Positions 9,904 to 18,420 of a stretch of 64,000 nucleotides of DNA are shown here, piece after piece. Each line of letters opens with the position of its first letter. Positions within the stretch are counted from its first letter, which is position 1. The notes beneath the pieces are model-generated. The model did no database searches and was not told where the DNA came from. It saw nothing but the letters and a program-made list of their open reading frames with translations. The stretch spans positions 135,303 through 199,302 of the forward strand of contig CAZENF010000001.1 in NCBI GenBank assembly GCA_964513645.1, written 5' to 3'. This DNA comes from an uncultured Candidatus Saccharibacteria bacterium (GTDB lineage: Bacteria; Patescibacteriota; Minisyncoccia; 2-02-FULL-40-12; GWA2-44-9). Position numbers and translations under genes: made by a program.

Positions 9904-10578
9904 TCAAAGAATTAGCGTAACTATCGTGAATTCAAATCCGTGGATAAAAACACTGTAAGGACGGTTCTCTATGATAAATCCTGCGGCTCCCAAAACATCT
10001 CCCCGCTTGAGATTGTTCAGCACGGCGGGCAGGCCGGTTCTGGCTTTAAGTTCCATAAAAGCGACTTGTTCTTCGCCTCTCCTCAATTCGACCGCGAGAC
10101 GGCCTCTCTCATATTCACCGTTGCCGGGACCGTGAGCGATCCAGACGTTATCGAAATGGCCGTACCACTTCCAGTAATTTAACTTTGCCATCCTGCGGTA
10201 TAAACCGCCGCCGACATTGAATTGATAAGGCGAAGACATGTCGCATTCGCCGTTACGTCCCCGGACACAGTAAAAAGAAACCGGGACCAGACTCCCCGGC
10301 CTGAAATTAAAGGCCACTCCTTCGATATCGAAAACAAAAGCAACCTTACTTCCGACCGTTTCCACCTGAACCAAATCCGGCTCAACATATTCGACCCAGG
10401 CATTTTTGAACTTGGTATCAAGAAGAGGGATATCCTTCCCTTCTCTTACGGCCGGCCTCAAAACACAACCGCATTCGATGGCAAAGATCAGGAAGCCCAG
10501 GAATGCAACATTCAAAAGAATGATAAAAGCCAGAATCTTCCTAAGGATCGTTCGTGTCATTTCAGCCCCCTTTGTCAA
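9904..10578 (-). CDS. Hypothetical membrane-anchored protein
   Basis: N-terminal TM helix; likely start MTRTIL after the AAGGGG RBS. Confidence 0.65.
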   Translation of the reverse strand: MTKGAEMTRTILRKILAFIILLNVAFLGFLIFAIECGCVLRPAVREGKDIPLLDTKFKNAWVEYVEPDLVQVETVGSKVAFVFDIEGVAFNFRPGSLVPVSFYCVRGRNGECDMSSPYQFNVGGGLYRRMAKLNYWKWYGHFDNVWIAHGPGNGEYERGRLAVELRRGEEQVAFMELKARTGLPAVLNNLKRGDVLGAAGFIIENRPYSVFIHGFEFTIVTLIL

Positions 10579-10663
10579 AGATAATGGTTAGTATATTAAA
10601 GATACCGGATAGGTCAATCGGTCTGTTTTGAAATTAAAAAAACTGCCTTTCGGCAGTTCATTG

Positions 10664-10963
10664 TCAGTTAAGGCGCCTATTTTTGAAATTCCGGTGAGCA
10701 ATTACCATTTGCTGATGGACCTCCCGATAAGACAATTTGCAGAGGGGAATTTCTGTGAAAAAAGGTGAGCCATCAAGCCAAGTATTGATCTGGTTAATCC
10801 ACCAGCTTGTCCATTTATTCGTTATCTTACGGGGAGAATCGACTGAACGGATATCAATAAGATGCGTCGGCTTGTTGCCGTTAAAAATTATCCCCCGGCC
10901 CAAAGCCGGCGAATAGTGTATTACCTCTTCCACTGGCACCTCCCTTAAGAAATGGGTCTGCAT
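10664..10963 (-). CDS. Hypothetical protein
   Basis: ORF with its own TTGACA promoter and a downstream hairpin. Confidence 0.55.
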   Translation of the reverse strand: MQTHFLREVPVEEVIHYSPALGRGIIFNGNKPTHLIDIRSVDSPRKITNKWTSWWINQINTWLDGSPFFTEIPLCKLSYREVHQQMVIAHRNFKNRRLN

Positions 10964-11005
10964 AAAATAGCATTTAAATCTAATTTTGTCAAATAAAGGC
11001 CGGCG

Positions 11006-11296
11006 TTAGCCGGCTTTGGATTTTTTTAATCTCTTTCGAACCATATAATCTGTCAGCACCTCTTCAAATTGAAGTCTTTCCCAAAGCATTAATTTTATCT
11101 CCCGGCTCTGCTCTAAAAACGGCCAATGAGCGAGCAGATGATCTAATGTCTCTACCGCTCTCTCCATCAAACAAACCTCGCTGTCAGTGTAGTCAATCTC
11201 ATCCAGCGGAATGGCTTTGATCAGTTCTATATCCTCAAAATTATACTTACTAAGCTTAGGGTATGGCAATGTCCGGATAGCAAGGGTCATTAGCAT
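11006..11296 (-). CDS. Hypothetical protein
   Basis: ORF ends in a GCCGGC hairpin terminator. Confidence 0.55.
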   Translation of the reverse strand: MLMTLAIRTLPYPKLSKYNFEDIELIKAIPLDEIDYTDSEVCLMERAVETLDHLLAHWPFLEQSREIKLMLWERLQFEEVLTDYMVRKRLKKSKAG

Positions 11297-11463
11297 ATGC
11301 CCGACTCCGGTCGGAAAGTTGCACGCCTCAAACTTAGCAGATTATAAAATTAATTGTATGTTTAGTCAAGAAGAAAGGAAATGACATCTAACACGTATAT
11401 ACTGAGAAAATTGTAAAATTCTCTTTTTTATGTTATTATTTGTTGGTTATAATTGTATTATAT

Positions 11464-11559
11464 CCGCCCATAGTCCGCCCGAATGAACATCCGTTCGGAC
11501 AGGCTCAGTTGGTACCCGCCCGAACGTACCGTTCGGTACGGGCGGGGAGCAGCTCCCTT
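11464..11559 (+). pseudogene. Duplicated 5' half of tRNA-Lys interrupted by two palindromic inserts
   Basis: Removing ~11473-11502 and 11515-11546 gives CCGCCCATAGCTCAGTTGGTAGAGCAGCTCCCTT, identical to the first 34 nt of the tRNA at 11815. Confidence 0.9.
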
Positions 11560-11565
11560 AACGCT

Positions 11566-11799
11566 ATGTACACTGTTTATATATTAAAAGACGGCTTTGG
11601 TAAGCTATATAAAGGAATGACAAACAATTTGAGCCGGCGATTAAGTGAACACCAGTCAGGGCATACAATTACCACTTCAAAAATGATAAATTTTAGAGTT
11701 GTATATAAAGAAGAGTATGCAAATTTTGAAGAAGCAAGAAAGCGAGAATTATATTTTAAAACAGCCGCAGGACGAAGATTCTTAAAAAAGGTCATATAA
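11566..11799 (+). CDS. Small GIY-YIG nuclease (UPF0213/YazA-like), 77 aa
   Basis: MYTVYIL...LYKGMTNNLSRRLSEH...EARKRE..FK motifs; start placed at ATG 11566. Confidence 0.9.
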   Translation: MYTVYILKDGFGKLYKGMTNNLSRRLSEHQSGHTITTSKMINFRVVYKEEYANFEEARKRELYFKTAAGRRFLKKVI

Positions 11800-11814
11800 A
11801 TTGAATAATTATAT

Positions 11815-11887
11815 CCGCCCATAGCTCAGTTGGTAGAGCAGCTCCCTTTTAAGGAGATGGTCGTAGGTTCGACTCCTACTGGGCGGA
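11815..11887 (+). tRNA. tRNA-Lys (anticodon TTT), CCA not encoded
   Basis: Cloverleaf: acceptor CCGCCCA/TGGGCGG, D arm GCTC/GAGC, anticodon loop CTTTTAA, T arm GTAGG-TTCGACT-CCTAC. Confidence 0.96.
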
Positions 11888-13342
11888 CAAGATTGAAAAG
11901 TCAGCATTTTTAGGAGTGTTGGCTATTCTAAAAAATGGTTTTTTATATTGTATTTCCTGAATTTCTTTATTTTCGAACTGGATGTTCCAAAGTACGGAAT
12001 TTAGTATTTGATACCTTTCTGAATCTTCTCCAAATAAAAAGTCATTTTTAGCATTTTTGGCTTGTAAAAATACTTCTTTTGTTTGTTCCAAAGTAGTTAG
12101 GGCAGAATTAATATTACCCTTCTTGATATGGCCTAGTTGGGCTTCTAATTCAACTCTTTGATTATTTAGTTCGAGCATTTTCTCATCATAGAGGTCTTTT
12201 CTAATTGTTCCGGAAGCAAAACCATCAGTCAGTCGTGATTCTTTCTCCTTGATCGAATTTAGCTCATTCTGAACGTTTTTAGATAGTACCTCGACTCGGT
12301 TATTACTCAAACCAATCTTCTGTTTAGCGGCCTCATACATAATTTCGATTGCCTCATCATCAAAAGCCAAATCACCAAGCTTGTCAGCAATCAATCTGGC
12401 TATATATTCTTCTCGCATATATGATTTTCCCTGTTCGCAATTGCCTTTGCCATTAGTACAGTAATAATATCTGTGTCCTCGTTTTAGGGAAGCTGTAAGC
12501 ATACAACCACACTCTTTACATCTCATCGAACCTCTCAACGGAAAGAACAATGTTTTTTGTTTTGGCCTGGAAGCCTGATTAATAACCTCTTGGCACCGAT
12601 CGAATAATTCTTTTGAAACAATAGGTTCAAATTTACCTAAATATTCCTCTCCATTCTTGGCCATAATTCCATAATAAATTTTATTATTTATATGCCGATG
12701 AATACTTCCTAAGAACATCTTGCCTCCAGATTTAGTTCTTAAACCTTCCTCGTAGAGCATATCTGAAATATCCTCAAAACTTTTAGTTCCAGAGGCATAT
12801 AACTCAAATATTCTTTTCACCCAATGGGATTTATCATTCGGGAATAATTGTTTAGTAGACGAATCACGAGAATATCCAAAAGGAACTTGAAACGGCCACC
12901 TGCCCTGTCGCAAACTTTCACGATTACCCCTTTTTACATTTTCAGCCAAATCACGGCTATACTGATTAGCCATACCGAAATGAACTAAAATCATTAACAC
13001 GTTGTCTTTTGGAAGATGAATTCCCTGATAGGTTCTAATTTCTTTAATAATATTTTTCTGAAGAAGATCTATTATTTGGCCGCCGTCAATTAAGTTTCTT
13101 GCCAACCTGTCCTCTTTCCAGCAAAGAATAGCATCTGCTTTTCCGCTAGTAATCATTTTTATCATTTGGGCAAATATTGGCCGCCCGAGAGATTTAGCTG
13201 ACTGGCTTTCTTCAAATATTTTAATAACTTTTAAATTATCCCTTATTGCGATTTCAAGAAGCTCTGTTTTTTGAGCATCCAAAGACATGACTTGTCTGTC
13301 TTCCGATTCAGTAGATTTTCGGCAATAAATTATATATCTCAT
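11876..13342 (-). CDS. Large serine recombinase (resolvase, recombinase, Zn-ribbon and coiled-coil domains)
   Basis: YCRKSTES catalytic Ser, EDRLARN, PFGY, CKECG...YYYC zinc ribbon. Confidence 0.95.
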   Translation of the reverse strand: MRYIIYCRKSTESEDRQVMSLDAQKTELLEIAIRDNLKVIKIFEESQSAKSLGRPIFAQMIKMITSGKADAILCWKEDRLARNLIDGGQIIDLLQKNIIKEIRTYQGIHLPKDNVLMILVHFGMANQYSRDLAENVKRGNRESLRQGRWPFQVPFGYSRDSSTKQLFPNDKSHWVKRIFELYASGTKSFEDISDMLYEEGLRTKSGGKMFLGSIHRHINNKIYYGIMAKNGEEYLGKFEPIVSKELFDRCQEVINQASRPKQKTLFFPLRGSMRCKECGCMLTASLKRGHRYYYCTNGKGNCEQGKSYMREEYIARLIADKLGDLAFDDEAIEIMYEAAKQKIGLSNNRVEVLSKNVQNELNSIKEKESRLTDGFASGTIRKDLYDEKMLELNNQRVELEAQLGHIKKGNINSALTTLEQTKEVFLQAKNAKNDFLFGEDSERYQILNSVLWNIQFENKEIQEIQYKKPFFRIANTPKNADFSILSAQ

Positions 13343-14070
13343 TTTTCTTCGTAAGTTTTTCTGTTTATAATCCCCACAAATTCATTCATACCATGCCATT
13401 CATAGATAGGCTTTCTTTTAGCATACTTTTCAGCAATTCTTTTTGCAACCTTTTTTCTCATAACTATTTCTTTTGGAAAGCCATGGGATATCCTAAGAAG
13501 CCTCATAGCATTAAACATTACTTGTTCTCCACCCTTGGTGATATATCCGGTGATATAAGTTGCCAGCTTTCCAGAACCGTCAGTTTTTCTCGCATCCACA
13601 TATCCTTCTCCCCAGAGATTCGCAAGAACTCGGGTACTTCGCTCCTCTCCATAGGAAATAATCCGTCTACCAACGCACGTATCTCCGAGAGACAATGGCA
13701 CGTTAAAAATAAGGCCATGGAAGTGTATACGTCCCCTTGGCGATAATTCCGGGACGAAAAGTGAATATGGTTTGCCATATTTAGTTCGCAACCGCATTTG
13801 GAAAATGCGTAAGGAATCATTTGCAAAAGAGGCATCTGATGCATCTCCAGCAAAGGTGAGCGTGACCAAAATCGGACATCCAAATTCTTTAAGAGCAGCA
13901 TGCACGCGCCGCATACATATTTTTCTTGTCCTCCAAATATTATCGGGTCGCCTAACGCCGTATATGGTACGCTTCTTTCTGCGACGACGTACGCATATTT
14001 TGGGCGGGGCTTTTTCGAACGTTGTGACTTCAATAATTTTTCCATATTTTTTAACAATATTAATCATCAT
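13339..14070 (-). CDS. HUH rolling-circle replication initiator
   Basis: Motif I VTLTF, motif II RIHFHGL (HUH), W..GYVD, motif III YITGYITK; overlaps the recombinase start by 4 bp. Confidence 0.85.
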   Translation of the reverse strand: MMINIVKKYGKIIEVTTFEKAPPKICVRRRRKKRTIYGVRRPDNIWRTRKICMRRVHAALKEFGCPILVTLTFAGDASDASFANDSLRIFQMRLRTKYGKPYSLFVPELSPRGRIHFHGLIFNVPLSLGDTCVGRRIISYGEERSTRVLANLWGEGYVDARKTDGSGKLATYITGYITKGGEQVMFNAMRLLRISHGFPKEIVMRKKVAKRIAEKYAKRKPIYEWHGMNEFVGIINRKTYEEK

Positions 14071-14293
14071 TTTTGCAATTGTGAGGGTATATCAAGTCTT
14101 GGGGATTGGACGTCTCGTCGGGCGCTTCGCGCACCCCGCCGAGACTATCCGAACCTACCCCAGCAATTGCCAAATAAAAATCAGCAAACGAATCCAAATA
14201 TTCCTCGGCCTCTGCAGGAGTTAAAATATCGCCGTATCTATCGGCAAAATACTTTTGAATCCGTTGAATTAAATTAAGACTAAATTTGCTCAT
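14060..14293 (-). CDS. Small hypothetical protein leading the rep-recombinase operon (possible regulator or directionality factor)
   Basis: 77 aa, overlaps the rep start; the function is inference only. Confidence 0.6.
   Translation of the reverse strand: MSKFSLNLIQRIQKYFADRYGDILTPAEAEEYLDSFADFYLAIAGVGSDSLGGVREAPDETSNPQDLIYPHNCKNDD
14086..14146 (-). promoter_or_regulatory. Putative double-strand origin (dso)
   Basis: Minus-strand ACTTG^ATAT (CTTGATA, 14090-14096) matches the phiX174/pC194 nick consensus; adjacent GC-rich hairpin GTCTCGTCGGG...CCCGCCGAGAC. Confidence 0.65.
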
Positions 14294-14410
14294 ATACTCA
14301 GTTTCGCAATTGCCAAAAACAACTTTTAGATAACTTCAGAACGAATAAAAAATAAAAAAGACCCAGTAAAAAGGGCCTTTCGAGAAGCGGCTATAAACAA
14401 TAGCTAAAAG

Positions 14411-15289
14411 TTATTCCATATTGTCCAAGGAATATTCATAGATTTTATTCAGAGAGTATCCGCTGGTATCATGCCGGATAATTAAATCCTCCGTAAGCTT
14501 TAACTTCTGACGGAACGCCTTGTTGGTTCGGCTTATTTCCTGCATGATTATTCCCGGTCTTTGCTTGGTTAATTCTTCAAGCTTAGAAAGCTTTGCTAAT
14601 TCCCGAGATAAATTCTTTATGATGACAAACCTCTTTGAGCCACGACGAATTGGGTAATTAAGTTTCTTGTTTTTTACTACTCTATAAATACCCAGCGAAT
14701 CATCTATAAAAATTTTAATCTTTTCTTGAGATTCTGCTTTTTCTGGTTCATCCGTTATTTTCTCGACTTCCGGTATAAATTGAATATGGAACTTTCTTAG
14801 CTCATTTTTGTAATAACTTCTTTCTCCTTCGTAAGCCTTGGCATAGGATTTTAATCCCTCCTTAGACCATTTGAAATAATTTTTAGGATTCTTATGATAA
14901 CCGCGCCTAAGAACATTCTTTAATCCTTTAAGCATAATTAAAGCAACCGGATCTTGGTCTTCATCAAATTCATCAGTAGTCATATAATCCTCAAGGGGGA
15001 AATATATTTTAATGTAGAGAGTTAAATAATGGGCGGTATATAAATTATATCGCTCGAGCTTAGATATCTGCTCTGATCTTAATCTTGCGTTTGCATCCTC
15101 GGTTTTAGAATCCAAAATTTTAATATTAGTTTTACGATATTGTTTTTCTGTGTCATTAATAATCTTGGCTAGGGCAGGAGTTTTAACTATAAAATCAATG
15201 TATTTATGTACATTTTCATAAAATTCGGAATCAGAATTGCTCTGAAGCGCAGCATCATATCTGATTTTAAGCCCACCCATTAAATCCAT
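14411..15289 (-). CDS. Hypothetical protein, possible C-terminal winged-helix DNA-binding domain
   Basis: C-terminus ...EISRTNKAFRQKL...IIRHDTSGYSLN resembles an OmpR-type wHTH end. Confidence 0.55.
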   Translation of the reverse strand: MDLMGGLKIRYDAALQSNSDSEFYENVHKYIDFIVKTPALAKIINDTEKQYRKTNIKILDSKTEDANARLRSEQISKLERYNLYTAHYLTLYIKIYFPLEDYMTTDEFDEDQDPVALIMLKGLKNVLRRGYHKNPKNYFKWSKEGLKSYAKAYEGERSYYKNELRKFHIQFIPEVEKITDEPEKAESQEKIKIFIDDSLGIYRVVKNKKLNYPIRRGSKRFVIIKNLSRELAKLSKLEELTKQRPGIIMQEISRTNKAFRQKLKLTEDLIIRHDTSGYSLNKIYEYSLDNME

Positions 15290-15349
15290 GCACAGGATAC
15301 TAACATATAAATTAGATTTTTTTAATACTGGTGCTATACTAATTTTGCA

Positions 15350-16156
15350 ATGAAACCATACTATGATAAAAATAATTTCAAACTATATCAGGCAAACTGC
15401 CTAGATCTACTATCCGAGCTCCCAGAAAATTCCGTTGATATGATCTTTGCCGATCCACCCTACAATCTCTCTAATGGCGGTTTTTCCGTTCATGCCGGCC
15501 GAATGGTCAGTGTTAACAAGGGCGATTGGGATAAAAGCAAAGGATTTAAAGATGATTATAATTTTCACTATAGCTGGATGGAGGCTTGTAGAAGGGTTTT
15601 AAAGCCACATGGTACACTCTGGGTTAGCGGAACATATCATTCAATATATCAGTGTGGACATGCTCTCCAAGCCCTTAATTATCACATCCTAAACGATATT
15701 GCCTGGTTTAAGCCAAACGCTTCACCCAATTTAAGCTGCCGATTCTTTACCGCAAGCCACGAAACATTAATCTGGGCTAGAAAAGAAAAGAAGGCAAAGC
15801 ATATCTTTAATTATGATTTAATGAAAAACGGCGAATGGCCGGAAGATAAATTAAAAAAGCCAGGCCTACAAATGAGATCTGTATGGTCAATGGGAACTCC
15901 AAAACCGATTGAAAAAAGATTCGGAAAACACCCTACACAAAAACCGGAAGATCTGTTAAAAAGAATAGTATTAGCCAGTACAAAGAGGGGGGATCTTGTA
16001 GTTGATCCTTTCACTGGAAGCTCAACAACGGGGCTTGCATCATATCTACTCGGCAGGAAATTTATAGGCGTTGATACCGAAAAAAAATATCTGGACTTGT
16101 CTATAAAAAGATTCGAAGAGTTAGATAAAAATTTAAAAAATAAGTCTAACAAATAA
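15350..16156 (+). CDS. Beta-class amino DNA methyltransferase, DpnA (M2.DpnII)-like
   Basis: MIFADPPYNLSNGG...VSVNKGDWDK, HPTQKP, DPFTGSSTT. Confidence 0.9.
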   Translation: MKPYYDKNNFKLYQANCLDLLSELPENSVDMIFADPPYNLSNGGFSVHAGRMVSVNKGDWDKSKGFKDDYNFHYSWMEACRRVLKPHGTLWVSGTYHSIYQCGHALQALNYHILNDIAWFKPNASPNLSCRFFTASHETLIWARKEKKAKHIFNYDLMKNGEWPEDKLKKPGLQMRSVWSMGTPKPIEKRFGKHPTQKPEDLLKRIVLASTKRGDLVVDPFTGSSTTGLASYLLGRKFIGVDTEKKYLDLSIKRFEELDKNLKNKSNK

Positions 16157-16157
16157 T

Positions 16158-16682
16158 ATGAAAAAATTTGGAATTGGAGGAGCAAATACAAAAACAGGGC
16201 TAGTCTTTGAGGGCAAAGTTGATTTTTTAACCTTTATCGCTAAGCAAAAAAATTACTCTGTTAAAGGTGCGAATATTTTTTATAACAGTGATGAAGTTGC
16301 CATGTCGTTTAAAAAATATGGCCTTTATAAGTACTTAGAAAGCAAAGGGATTGATTATAAAAAATTCATATCAAAAAGACTTCTTCCGGATGATGCTATC
16401 TATGTAATAGCCAACAATCATTTTTATATACTTGAGATTAAATTTCAGGAAGTCGGCGGATCCGTTGATGAAAAACTCCAAACCTGTGATTTCAAAATTA
16501 AACAATATAAAAAACTACTCTATAGTTTAAATGTTGAAGTTGAATTTATTTATATTTTAAGCGAATGGTTTCAGAAGCCGGAATATAAAGACGTTCTTGA
16601 TTATATAATTTCTATTCCGGGCTGTTCTTTCTACTTTAATTACTTGCCTCTCCAAAAAATAGGCCTTCCCATACCAGAATAA
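16158..16682 (+). CDS. PD-(D/E)XK nuclease, putative type II restriction endonuclease
   Basis: LLPDDA...ILEIKFQ..GSVDEKLQ; starts 1 nt after the methylase stop. Confidence 0.75.
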   Translation: MKKFGIGGANTKTGLVFEGKVDFLTFIAKQKNYSVKGANIFYNSDEVAMSFKKYGLYKYLESKGIDYKKFISKRLLPDDAIYVIANNHFYILEIKFQEVGGSVDEKLQTCDFKIKQYKKLLYSLNVEVEFIYILSEWFQKPEYKDVLDYIISIPGCSFYFNYLPLQKIGLPIPE

Positions 16683-16684
16683 AC

Positions 16685-16775
16685 GCGTTTTTGGCTCGCC
16701 AAAAATTATACCACGCGGGGACCCCTACTTCGTCACCCCGCGTGGTGGCGAGCCTTGCGAGCCAAGGGAAAACGC
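16685..16775. repeat. GC-rich nested inverted repeat
   Basis: ACCACGCGGGG/CCCCGCGTGGT perfect 11-bp stem; GGCTCGCCA/TGGCGAGCC and GCGTTTT/AAAACGC outer arms. Confidence 0.8.
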
Positions 16776-16826
16776 TTCACAAATCGACTAAATTCTGATA
16801 TATTCGCCGTGTTTAATAAATAAGTC

Positions 16827-17258
16827 ATGATCTCATACGAAGAACTTAAGAAGATATCCAGAACTCGTATTGCCGAAGCGCAAATTCTTTTTGATAACGA
16901 AAAATTTGATGGGTCAATCTATTTATGTGGCCATGCGATCGAGATAGCTTTAAAGGCCATAATATGTAAAAATTTAAGAGGGTCTACTCAAAGTTTTGGT
17001 CATATACCAAGCACCATATCTGAATTCAAAACTGTAGCCGAAATGAAAACTCATAAATTAGATGAGCTTCTAGCCGCAACAGGACTACAAGTTGAAATCA
17101 CATCAAAACCAGCAAGATGGACTGCTTGGAGCACGCTATTAAAATGGAATCCTGAAATCAGATACTCGCCGATTAAGGGGAGGCTCATGAAAACTAGCGC
17201 TGAAGAAGTTATTAATTCTGCTAATAAATTGTTACATTTTTTCTGGCGTCAAGTCTAA
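16827..17258 (+). CDS. HEPN domain protein
   Basis: AQILFD...SIYLCGHAIEIALKA, THKLDEL, W....RY pattern. Confidence 0.8.
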   Translation: MISYEELKKISRTRIAEAQILFDNEKFDGSIYLCGHAIEIALKAIICKNLRGSTQSFGHIPSTISEFKTVAEMKTHKLDELLAATGLQVEITSKPARWTAWSTLLKWNPEIRYSPIKGRLMKTSAEEVINSANKLLHFFWRQV

Positions 17259-17269
17259 ATAGAATAACA

Positions 17270-17635
17270 ATGGAAGATATTATAAAAAAATTAAATAAGG
17301 TCCTAGAATCAATTCTTAAAGAAAGAGATGTTGTTTTGTTTGCTGTTATTAAAAGAGAAGATGCCGAATTGTGGGATATAGTCATTTCAGGTAATCAACT
17401 TGATAATCAAGAAAACTTGAGGTGGATAATAGGCCTGATAAATAACGTCTTAGAAAAGAATGAGATGACAGCATTCTCTCGCTTGTTATTATTAAATACT
17501 GACGAGGATTTTGTAAAAAATCTAACAAAAACTTTTGGATTTACAACTAAAGACGGTCGTATGGAACTGAAAAACGTAAGAATTAATAATATATTTATTA
17601 AGCACGCATATTTACTCAGGAGTAGGACAAAATAA
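17270..17635 (+). CDS. Hypothetical protein, putative partner or antitoxin of the HEPN protein
   Basis: Directly downstream of HEPN; LFAVIKRED..LWDIVIS. Confidence 0.55.
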   Translation: MEDIIKKLNKVLESILKERDVVLFAVIKREDAELWDIVISGNQLDNQENLRWIIGLINNVLEKNEMTAFSRLLLLNTDEDFVKNLTKTFGFTTKDGRMELKNVRINNIFIKHAYLLRSRTK

Positions 17636-17639
17636 ATTT

Positions 17640-18413
17640 ATGTTCAATGATAACATACAGTATAAAAAGAAGGTGATAAGAAGAGTCTTGGCTTATTTTA
17701 GCGGTGGTAACACTGGGGTTGGTTCAGGATTTTTTGTAAATAAGAATGGAATATTTTTAACGTGTTTTCATGTTGCATTTGGGGGAGAACTTAAAAATCT
17801 AAGAAATGATCCAGATTTTATTGCCATTAAAGAATCCGATGAACATAAAAAATTAGAGACTTGGTATTCTAATAAAATTAATAAAATAGAAGTTGAACTG
17901 CCCGATTCATCCAAAGAAGAATTAAAATTAGTTAGCTTTGATGAAAAATATGATATTGCAGTCTTAAAACTGGAAAATAAAGAAAAAATTAGAGATATAG
18001 ACAACATAAAATTTGATTTTAAAAAACAGCTTAAACAGGGTGACCATGTTTTCTTTGGAGGATTCCCGATAAGCTATCCATATAAAGCAGAAGAGTCGCC
18101 TTTTGCAATAAACACAGGGATGGTTTCTAGTTTCCCTAACACTATTATCGGAGGAGACTTCTATGAACATGCCCAGATAAATTCAGTAAATTTAGGAGGA
18201 AATAGTGGTGCTCCATTATTTATAAAAAATAAAAATAAAGTCATAGGAATTATTAATGGGAATATGAATTGGGGTAGTGATTTTGTGGTATTTAAAAATA
18301 AATCTGGCAAAGAAGAGGTGGGGCCTCTGAGAGTTCCCTTAAGTATAGCCTACGCAACACCCGTAAGCTTACTTAAAAAAGAAAGTAAGGTTTTTAAATC
18401 AGCTATAAGCTAA
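17640..18413 (+). CDS. Cytoplasmic trypsin-like serine protease
   Basis: GSGFFV, TCFHV (His), YDIAVL (Asp), GNSGAP (Ser); no signal peptide. Confidence 0.88.
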   Translation: MFNDNIQYKKKVIRRVLAYFSGGNTGVGSGFFVNKNGIFLTCFHVAFGGELKNLRNDPDFIAIKESDEHKKLETWYSNKINKIEVELPDSSKEELKLVSFDEKYDIAVLKLENKEKIRDIDNIKFDFKKQLKQGDHVFFGGFPISYPYKAEESPFAINTGMVSSFPNTIIGGDFYEHAQINSVNLGGNSGAPLFIKNKNKVIGIINGNMNWGSDFVVFKNKSGKEEVGPLRVPLSIAYATPVSLLKKESKVFKSAIS

Positions 18414-18420
18414 ATAGCAC

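Noticed and set aside
11440-11565. N-terminal extension of the GIY-YIG ORF given in the track
   Set aside because: It is a translation of the pseudo-tRNA and palindromes; the domain begins at ATG 11566.
11464-11887. Intron-containing tRNA with a homing endonuclease
   Set aside because: The downstream tRNA is complete by itself, the 5' half is duplicated, and there is no room for a group I ribozyme core.
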